Both the position numbers and the translations under genes were made by a program. The notes beneath the pieces were generated by a model that was given only the letters and a program-made list of their open reading frames with translations, did not search any database and was not told where the DNA came from. From an uncultured bacterium (GTDB lineage Bacteria; Abyssobacteria; SURF-5), in NCBI GenBank assembly GCA_964510165.1, contig CAZEBC010000137.1:1-10912 (forward strand): DNA of 10,912 nucleotides, in the 5' to 3' direction. Each line of letters starts with the position of its first letter. Position 1 is the first letter of the stretch. Shown one piece after another: positions 1-5,762 of the stretch.

Positions 1-53
1 CCGGATCAAGCTCAAGCGTCTTTATCCGACACTTGACACGTGACATGGCACTA
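1..53 (+). mobile_element. Right end of an IS630-family insertion sequence
   Basis: The transposase stop is followed within 11 bp by CATGGCACTAG. The TA at 52-53 fits the TA target duplication of IS630/Tc1/mariner elements. The left end is outside the window, so the inverted repeat cannot be confirmed. Confidence 0.7.
2..43 (+). CDS. IS630-family transposase, C-terminal fragment (gene starts upstream of the window)
   Basis: Frame 2 reads RIKLKRLYPTLDT* (TGA 41-43). I recognise '(DA)RIKLKRLYP' as the typical C-terminus of one IS630 transposase subgroup. Too short for the ORF track. Confidence 0.8.
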   Translation, partial: RIKLKRLYPTLDT

Positions 54-209
54 GGACTGGTCCCATTTCGGCGTAAGAGCCCGCGGAAAAGGTCGCCTTG
101 GATTTCAGTTCCATTCGCCGCGCGGAGCGGAGGGTTTCGCTGCGATCAGTGTTTGAGAGCATGGTTGTTCCTGTTCCGTTTTGGTTTCATGAGCGTTGTA
201 GCTCATTCG

Positions 210-218
210 ATTATAGCA
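210..218 (-). promoter_or_regulatory. Extended -10 promoter element pointing toward the IS630 end
   Basis: Minus strand reads TGCTATAAT, a perfect TGnTATAAT. No good -35; a 12-bp palindrome GCCTCGCGAGGC (228-239) occupies that position. Confidence 0.5.
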
Positions 219-269
219 CAGGGGAATGCCTCGCGAGGCTTGGTCTGCTGGCCTTGAGGACATAAGGCG

Positions 270-278
270 TGATATTAT
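270..278 (+). promoter_or_regulatory. Possible extended -10 promoter for the YvlD-family gene
   Basis: TGATATTAT (TGn-TATTAT) in an AT-rich patch about 80 bp upstream of the ATG at 360. TTGAGG at 254-259 is not optimally spaced. Confidence 0.35.
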
Positions 279-359
279 TACAATGTGGTTCAGTTGAATC
301 GGCCCCGGGGGATGTGTGTGATGCGAGTGCGGTAAGACAAGAATGAGGAGGAGCTGCGG

Positions 360-740
360 ATGAGAGGGTTCGTGGCGCGGTTCATCATCAATCTGCTGCT
401 GTTGGCGCTTGTCGCGTGGATGTTTCCGGGAATCCAGGTTTCCGGGCCGTTGGCCCTGATCTTCGCCGGGATAGTGCTGGGCGTGCTCAATGCGTTTGTC
501 AGGCCCATCCTCATCTTGCTCACGCTTCCGCTGACTATTCTGACGGTCGGGATATTCATTTTTGTGATAAACGGGTTGATGATATGGCTTACGTCGGGGA
601 TGGTGAAGGGGTTTTATGTGTCGGGCTTCTGGACGGCCGTGGGCGCGGCCCTGGTGTACAGCGTGCTGAGCCTGCTGGTGAACTTCCTGCTCAGTGACGC
701 CGGCCGTATTGAGGTCGTCCATTTCCACAAGAGGGTCTGA
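360..740 (+). CDS. YvlD-like 4-TMS membrane protein ('phage holin family', superfamily IV)
   Basis: 126 aa with four hydrophobic segments and the family signature LGVLNAFVRPILILLTLPLTILTVGIFIFVING. Strong RBS GAGGAGGAG at 345-353. Confidence 0.92.
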   Translation: MRGFVARFIINLLLLALVAWMFPGIQVSGPLALIFAGIVLGVLNAFVRPILILLTLPLTILTVGIFIFVINGLMIWLTSGMVKGFYVSGFWTAVGAALVYSVLSLLVNFLLSDAGRIEVVHFHKRV

Positions 741-769
741 ATCAGGGGGCGCGGTCGGTCGGGGGAATA

Positions 770-797
770 TTGCATTTTGCGAAACTCATGGTATAAT
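770..797 (+). promoter_or_regulatory. Sigma70-type promoter of the XRE-cupin gene
   Basis: TTGCAT (770-775), 16-bp spacer, TATAAT (792-797), with TG at 789-790 (extended -10). Confidence 0.7.
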
Positions 798-846
798 TTA
801 CGTACAACTTCCTGCTAAGCCAGCTAGCGACGAAAGGGATGATTCC

Positions 847-1389
847 ATGCTCGGGCCCACACTGAAGAAGGCGCGATTGGACAAGGGTTTTACACTTGAA
901 GACGTTGCTTCCAGATGCGGGTATTCCAAGGCCCTGATCTCACGAATCGAGAACAATAACGTATCCCCCTCCATCGAGTCCCTCTCGAAGATTGCCGAGG
1001 CTCTCGATCTTCCGCTGTACGACATCTTCGCTTCGGTCCCGATTGATGAGCCGGTGGTCCTGAGGAAGAACGACAGGACGAGGTTCAAGGTCAAGGGCGG
1101 CGACTTCGACATGGAGTTTCTCGTGCCGAACCCCCATACGGTCGCGATGCTGGCGATGCTTTATACGGGCGAGTCCGGCGCTCATTCTACGCACAGTATG
1201 GGGACGCACCCCGGCCAGGAGTGGGCCATTATCACCAAGGGCAGGGTTGAAGTGACCGTGGGAGAGTCGAGACTTGTCTTGAAAGAGGGCGACTCGATTT
1301 ACTTCAATTCCAATCTTCCTCACAAGTACGTCAATGTGGGAAGAGGGCCCGCTGAAGGCATTGCTATTACTATTCCTCCAAGCTATTGA
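847..1389 (+). CDS. XRE-family HTH transcriptional regulator with C-terminal cupin domain (PuuR/SutR-like architecture)
   Basis: HTH LKKARLDKGFTLEDVASRCGYSKALISRIENNNVSPSIESLSKIA; cupin motifs HPGQE and GDSIYFNSNLPH. Start moved from 694 to ATG 847 because 694 lies upstream of the promoter and 847 follows the RBS-like GAAAGGGA. 180 aa. Confidence 0.93.
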   Translation: MLGPTLKKARLDKGFTLEDVASRCGYSKALISRIENNNVSPSIESLSKIAEALDLPLYDIFASVPIDEPVVLRKNDRTRFKVKGGDFDMEFLVPNPHTVAMLAMLYTGESGAHSTHSMGTHPGQEWAIITKGRVEVTVGESRLVLKEGDSIYFNSNLPHKYVNVGRGPAEGIAITIPPSY

Positions 1390-1423
1390 AGCGTTCTTTC
1401 TGATACGAATTGCCTTCCTTCAC

Positions 1424-1452
1424 TTGAAAAATGCTCGTTTGCGGGATAGAAT
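1424..1452 (+). promoter_or_regulatory. Sigma70-type promoter upstream of the repeat stack and GNAT gene
   Basis: TTGAAA (1424-1429), 17-bp spacer, TAGAAT (1447-1452). Confidence 0.6.
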
Positions 1453-1486
1453 ACTGCACGACGCGCAGCGGAGCCGCAGCCGAAAC

Positions 1487-1523
1487 CCCTCACCCTGCCC
1501 TCTCCCGCTGGGAGAGGGTCAGG
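1487..1523. repeat. CCCTCACCC..CCCTCTCCC-N3-GGGAGAGGG hairpin repeat (REP-like)
   Basis: Perfect 9-bp stem CCCTCTCCC (1498-1506) / GGGAGAGGG (1510-1518), extendable by CCTG/CAGG and preceded by CCCTCACCC. This form is a widespread bacterial intergenic repeat. Confidence 0.75.
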
Positions 1524-1525
1524 TT

Positions 1526-1547
1526 GTAGCGCAGGCTTGCAGCCTGC
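1526..1547 (+). repeat. GTAG-tagged REP element
   Basis: GTAG (1526-1529), C, then hairpin GCAGGCT-TGC-AGCCTGC (1531-1547): the classic GTAG tetranucleotide plus palindrome layout. Confidence 0.7.
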
Positions 1548-1629
1548 AATTTCAGAGTGAGCGGCATAGACTCGCGCGTGTAAAGTGAAGACGTAGGGAC
1601 GCGCCTCAAGAGACCCCGGGGGAACGAGG

Positions 1630-2409
1630 ATGGCCTCCTCGCTTCGAGAACTGGTCCTCAACGAAGCTCGCGCGTACGCGATGTTCGCGAATGGCCGAAT
1701 CGCGGACCACCGTTTTGCCGTGTCGCTGATGTGCGACGATATCCTCGACACCCGGTTCAACCGAGGCTACGTCATTGAGCCTGCAAACCTCACACGGGAA
1801 ACCCTCGAAGAGATATCCCGCGACTTCATCACGCTAAGGCTGCCGTTGCGGCTGGACATATTCCTTCCCATACCCCCCGAGACAATCGAGTTGCTCGAGC
1901 GAAAGCGATTTGAAATGGCCGAGGAATACGCTTCCGTGATGGTTCTTCAGGAAAACGAACGACTGTTGCGGAAGAATGAGGGCGTGGAGATACGGGAGTT
2001 GACGACAGAATATCTGGATGACTTCTCCACAATCATGCTCAAGGCCTACGGCGCGCCGCTCGACATGGTCCACATGTTCACTTCCATTTTTCGGGGAACC
2101 ATTGCGAGGGCGCTGAGGAGCAGGGGGACCACCTTTTACCTCGCGTTTGTTGAAGGGGAGCCGGCGGGAACACTGTATCTGTTCTCGTACGGCGGCGTCG
2201 GCGGCATTTACAACCTCGCGGTAGACGAACGCTACCGTAGGCATGGGGTGGCCACTACGCTTGTGCTGCGGGCGATCGAGGACTCCAAGTCCTTCGGCAA
2301 TGAAACTCTGTGTCTGACGACGCGCGTCGGTTCTATTCAGGAGAAGTTCTTTGAGCGATTGAAGTTTCGGACGGTGGCCCGGCGAAAACGCGCGATCAAG
2401 GAAGTTTGA
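1630..2409 (+). CDS. GNAT-family N-acetyltransferase
   Basis: 259 aa. C-terminal GNAT domain with acetyl-CoA motif A (IYNLAVDERYRRHGVATTLV) and motif-B-like FFERLKF. Substrate unknown. Confidence 0.88.
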   Translation: MASSLRELVLNEARAYAMFANGRIADHRFAVSLMCDDILDTRFNRGYVIEPANLTRETLEEISRDFITLRLPLRLDIFLPIPPETIELLERKRFEMAEEYASVMVLQENERLLRKNEGVEIRELTTEYLDDFSTIMLKAYGAPLDMVHMFTSIFRGTIARALRSRGTTFYLAFVEGEPAGTLYLFSYGGVGGIYNLAVDERYRRHGVATTLVLRAIEDSKSFGNETLCLTTRVGSIQEKFFERLKFRTVARRKRAIKEV

Positions 2410-3742
2410 ACACAGGCAAGTACTTCCGGTGAGCTGCGAATAATTCGTCCAGCATCTTGTCAATGTTGCGGCAGGTGCGGCTGAGCGGGTCGCGCTCAAG
2501 GAATTCGCAGGCCGCCCTGCGGTCACCCTCAAGGGCGGCCTTGACCACCAGACGCTGATTCTCGGCATGCGGCAGAACGAAGTTCCGGATTTCCCGGGGC
2601 AGCGCTATCGATCCGAGGGGCGCGGTGCCTTCCGCGGAAACCTTTCCGAGCGTCTCGACAATGATGCCGTGGGGAAGGTTGCTGATCTGTCCCTGGTTCA
2701 AGAGATTGAGGATGTCCACTATCGGCGGCTTTTTTTCTGCGAGCGCCGCGATGAGGTCGGAAATCGTTTCGCCGGACTTTGCGGCCGGAAGCGGGAAATT
2801 CCCCTCGAGCATGCCATAGACATAGGCCCGCATTGCGGCGTGCCAGGAGTCTCTCCTCTCCGCGATCGAGGTGGGCTTTATGCCGTACTTCTTCTCGGCC
2901 ACTTCGAAATCCGTGAGATAGCAATCGAAAAACTCCGCGATGTGCCTGTCGCCCGCCGCCGGCAGATACCCCAGTTTGTCGAACAATTCGAGCTTGAGCC
3001 TGAAGGGGTCTATCGTTGAGGGCGCGAACATCTCCTTTATGTCCTGGTCCGGAACCGTGAAGGGCGTCGGGTTCTTCATCCATTCTCGAAGCATCTCGAA
3101 GCCGTCCATGCCCTCGATCTTCAGGTTCAGCAGCCATATGAAGTGGTTGACGCCGGCGACCTCGTATTCCAGATGCGCGTCGTCATGCAGCTTCAGCATG
3201 CTTCGCACGATGGCGAGGACGCCCTGCAACTCGTGACAGAGGCCGACCGTCTTGATGCTGGTTTCTTGTTGAACCGCCAGACACAGCGTCGCCATGGGAT
3301 TGGTGTAGTTGATCAGCCAGGCGTCGGGACACAGCCGCTCCATGTTTTTCGCGATGCCGACCAGCACTGGGATGCTCCTCAGGCCCCTGAAGAGCCCGCC
3401 CGGCCCCACGGTGTCGCCCACCGTCTGATTGACGCCGTATTTCAGGGGAATCTCCAGGTCATGCCGCATCGCCTCGAATCCGCCCGTGGCTATGGTGACG
3501 GCGACGAAATCGGCGCCTTCGAGCGCTTCTTCCTCGTTCGTGGTGGAACTGAGCGTGCAATCGGATTCCTTGTCGGCGAGCATCTGCTCGCCGAGCCTGT
3601 GAATCGCCCCGAGCGGCTCGGGCGATATGTCCTCAAGGACGATGTGGCTGCCTTCCAGGCCGGGTGTGAGCAGGATGTCGTTGATGATCGTGGGCGCCCA
3701 ATTGTAACTGCCCCCACCTATGACGGTTATTTTTGGCGGCAT
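2396..3742 (-). CDS. Family 4 glycoside hydrolase (NAD+/Mn2+-dependent; alpha-glucosidase/alpha-galactosidase/alpha-galacturonidase group)
   Basis: NAD-binding KITVIGGGS, QTVGDTVGPGG, INYTNP, GLCHE, AGVNH and DRHIAEF motifs. Start moved to ATG 3742, preceded by GGAGAA; 448 aa. Overlaps the convergent GNAT gene by 14 bp. Confidence 0.93.
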   Translation of the reverse strand: MPPKITVIGGGSYNWAPTIINDILLTPGLEGSHIVLEDISPEPLGAIHRLGEQMLADKESDCTLSSTTNEEEALEGADFVAVTIATGGFEAMRHDLEIPLKYGVNQTVGDTVGPGGLFRGLRSIPVLVGIAKNMERLCPDAWLINYTNPMATLCLAVQQETSIKTVGLCHELQGVLAIVRSMLKLHDDAHLEYEVAGVNHFIWLLNLKIEGMDGFEMLREWMKNPTPFTVPDQDIKEMFAPSTIDPFRLKLELFDKLGYLPAAGDRHIAEFFDCYLTDFEVAEKKYGIKPTSIAERRDSWHAAMRAYVYGMLEGNFPLPAAKSGETISDLIAALAEKKPPIVDILNLLNQGQISNLPHGIIVETLGKVSAEGTAPLGSIALPREIRNFVLPHAENQRLVVKAALEGDRRAACEFLERDPLSRTCRNIDKMLDELFAAHRKYLPVFKLP

Positions 3743-3796
3743 GTGTTCTCCTATTCCCAGTCGTGAACCAGTGATATGCGAACAGGTTTTCGAACA

Positions 3797-3825
3797 TTTA
3801 TATCTGATTTGGGAGGGATAGTCAA
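3797..3825 (-). promoter_or_regulatory. Sigma70-type promoter of the GH4 gene
   Basis: Minus strand TTGACT (3825-3820), 17-bp spacer, TATAAA (3802-3797). Confidence 0.6.
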
Positions 3826-3847
3826 TGTTGGGAAGCGCGGTTTCTGC

Positions 3848-3875
3848 TTGACAAATCAGGAACAGGTGGTATAAT
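3848..3875 (+). promoter_or_regulatory. Consensus sigma70 promoter of the tetR cluster
   Basis: TTGACA (3848-3853), 16-bp spacer, TATAAT (3870-3875), with TG at 3867-3868. Both hexamers match consensus perfectly. Confidence 0.85.
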
Positions 3876-3903
3876 AACATCGCTATGTTACATAACGGTG
3901 TTA
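3875..3903. promoter_or_regulatory. Putative TetR operator(s)
   Basis: Inverted repeat TAACAT-CGCT-ATGTTA (3875-3890) over the predicted +1, followed by a related TAAC-GGT-GTTA (3893-3903). Confidence 0.65.
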
Positions 3904-3909
3904 CCCATT

Positions 3910-4581
3910 ATGATTGACGACCAACATCATTTATCTATTGACCTGCTGCTCGATCAGGGCGCCATTGACCCCAAGACGCTCCACGAGCGGGCGGCGCAAC
4001 TGACGCGCCGAAGAATCCTTCTGGCGGCGATGAAATCTTTCGCTCGCAAGGGCTATCAGGTTGCCACGATACGCGAGATTGCCGCCGACGCGGGCGTAAC
4101 CATGGGGGCGGTCTATCATCATTTCAAGGATAAGAAGGAACTGCTCATGAGCGCGAACCGGCTGCGGCAGGTCCGCTCGTGGGAACTGCTCCGAGATGCG
4201 GTCGCAAACGATGGGGATTTATTCGAGGCGCTGAGAGGTTCGCTTCGCGAGCAATTTCACTTTTTGGCGACAGACGCGGTCCTTCGCGGAGTGACGCGCG
4301 AATACATGGGTATGGCCCTCACGGACAAAGAAGTGAACGAAATGCACAACGCGCACGACGCCGAGTTTCGCGATCTTGTGACATCTGAGCTGGAACGCCG
4401 CTATCCGAAATTGTCCGAGGAGAAGCGCGCGGCGCTCGTGCAGACGCTGTTTGTCTCGCTCGAAGGGCTGTTTACCTCGTTGGTGGTCGAGTCGCCGGTG
4501 GTCGCAAATCCGGAAGGTATCCTTGACGCGCTGATAGACTCCTTTCGGGACGCGGTTGAAAAGTGGAGCATGAACTTATAG
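3910..4581 (+). CDS. TetR/AcrR-family transcriptional regulator
   Basis: HTH TRRRILLAAMKSFARKGYQVATIREIAADAGVTMGAVYHHFKDKKELL. Start uncertain: ATG 3910 or GTG 3898, neither with a clear SD. Confidence 0.93.
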   Translation: MIDDQHHLSIDLLLDQGAIDPKTLHERAAQLTRRRILLAAMKSFARKGYQVATIREIAADAGVTMGAVYHHFKDKKELLMSANRLRQVRSWELLRDAVANDGDLFEALRGSLREQFHFLATDAVLRGVTREYMGMALTDKEVNEMHNAHDAEFRDLVTSELERRYPKLSEEKRAALVQTLFVSLEGLFTSLVVESPVVANPEGILDALIDSFRDAVEKWSMNL

Positions 4582-4604
4582 AATCGGCCTTGGGTGGATG
4601 ACGA

Positions 4605-5687
4605 ATGCAGATCAAGAAATTGGCTGTGAGGTTCGTTCTCGGCGGACTGCTGGTTCTTGGCGTGGTAGTTGTCGCTCTGCTCTTGTATCGCGAATACTTG
4701 CAGCACAGGGTCCGTGAAGAGACACGGATTTCTTCACCTGGGGGAATCGAATCGCTGGAGAAGGTCAGGCTTGGCGGCATCGATCAGTGGATTCTCATCC
4801 GGGGCTGGGACGCATCGAATCCGGTGTTGCTGCATTTGCATGGGGGGCCGGGGGCGGCGGACATTGCGATTGTGCGCCATTTCGACACCGATCTCGTGAA
4901 GCGTTTTGTGATGGTCCATTGGGACCAGCGCGGCGCGGGCAAGTCCTTTAGCCCGGATATTCCGCCTGAATCCATGAATCGAGAACAATTCATTTCGGAC
5001 GTTCGCGAACTCACCGAGTTTCTCAAAGAGCGGTTCAATGTTCCCAGAATTTATCTTGTCGGTCACTCCTGGGGCAGCGAACTTGGGATGCTCGTTGTGG
5101 CGCGGTATCCCGAATACTACTATGCCTTTGTCGGCGTCGGTCAGGTTGTGGACGACGACCAAAGCGAGACAGTCTCGTATAACTTCGTTCTCAAGAAAGC
5201 TCGAGAGGCCGGCGACGAGACGGCTCTCCGCGAACTGGAGGAAATCGGACCGCCTCCTTATGACACGCACGACGAGTTGCTCACTCAAAGGAAATGGCTC
5301 GAGCGGTTCGGCGGGGTTTCGCACACGCCCATGCCCATGCGAGACCTGATAATGCTGGGTCTCGGCTCACCCGACTATACGCTGCCAGACGGCCTCAACT
5401 TTTTCCGCGGGCAGTCGTTTACAGCCAAACACATGTGGGGAGGCGTCGAGCAGACCAATCTCTTCGAGCAGGTTCCGAGGGTCGAGATTCCCGTCTACTT
5501 CTTCGCGGGAAGATACGATTACAACACGCCGTTCGAGCTTGCCGAACGCTATTACGAGCAGCTTGAGGCGCCGAGGGGAAAGCATATCGTGTGGTTCGAG
5601 AATTCCGGCCACATGATCCCGTATGAATCGCCGGAGGAGTATTCCAAGGAACTGATCAAGGTGCTTGAGGAAACATATGAGCGTTGA
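4605..5687 (+). CDS. Alpha/beta-fold hydrolase, proline iminopeptidase-like (S33), with N-terminal membrane anchor or signal
   Basis: HGGPG oxyanion motif, WDQRGAGKS, nucleophile GHSWG, GRYD acid and SGH catalytic His. Basic N-terminus followed by a hydrophobic stretch (FVLGGLLVLGVVVVALLLY). Confidence 0.9.
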   Translation: MQIKKLAVRFVLGGLLVLGVVVVALLLYREYLQHRVREETRISSPGGIESLEKVRLGGIDQWILIRGWDASNPVLLHLHGGPGAADIAIVRHFDTDLVKRFVMVHWDQRGAGKSFSPDIPPESMNREQFISDVRELTEFLKERFNVPRIYLVGHSWGSELGMLVVARYPEYYYAFVGVGQVVDDDQSETVSYNFVLKKAREAGDETALRELEEIGPPPYDTHDELLTQRKWLERFGGVSHTPMPMRDLIMLGLGSPDYTLPDGLNFFRGQSFTAKHMWGGVEQTNLFEQVPRVEIPVYFFAGRYDYNTPFELAERYYEQLEAPRGKHIVWFENSGHMIPYESPEEYSKELIKVLEETYER

Positions 5688-5690
5688 CAA

Positions 5691-5718
5691 GCGGGGGCAC
5701 GGCGCGCCGTGCTTCTAC
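5691..5718. repeat. Degenerate GTAG..CTAC palindromic REP element
   Basis: GCGGGGGCACGGCGCGCCGTGCTTCTAC has a perfect 16-bp palindromic core (5697-5712) and ends in CTAC (GTAG on the minus strand). It begins 3 bp after the hydrolase stop. Confidence 0.7.
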
Positions 5719-5762
5719 CAATAGACGGCATCAAGTCTGGCAAAGCAAAGCGGAGGTCTCAC

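Noticed and set aside
105..728. 207-aa minus-strand ORF, and 33..257 on the plus strand
   Set aside because: The first is mostly antisense to the YvlD-family gene. The second starts inside the IS end. Neither has recognisable motifs.
360..740. 'Phage holin' as evidence of a prophage
   Set aside because: YvlD-type 4-TMS proteins are common chromosomal genes. No endolysin, structural or integrase genes are present.
694..846. ORF-track N-terminal extensions (XRE from 694, GH4 from 3880, aminotransferase from 5709, CocE from 7210)
   Set aside because: The first three run through promoters or repeats. In all four cases a downstream ATG has a better RBS and fits the domain or signal-peptide start.
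303..1623. CCCCGGGGGA present at 303-312 and 1614-1623, upstream of two genes
   Set aside because: A low-complexity GC 10-mer at different distances from the starts; plausible by chance.
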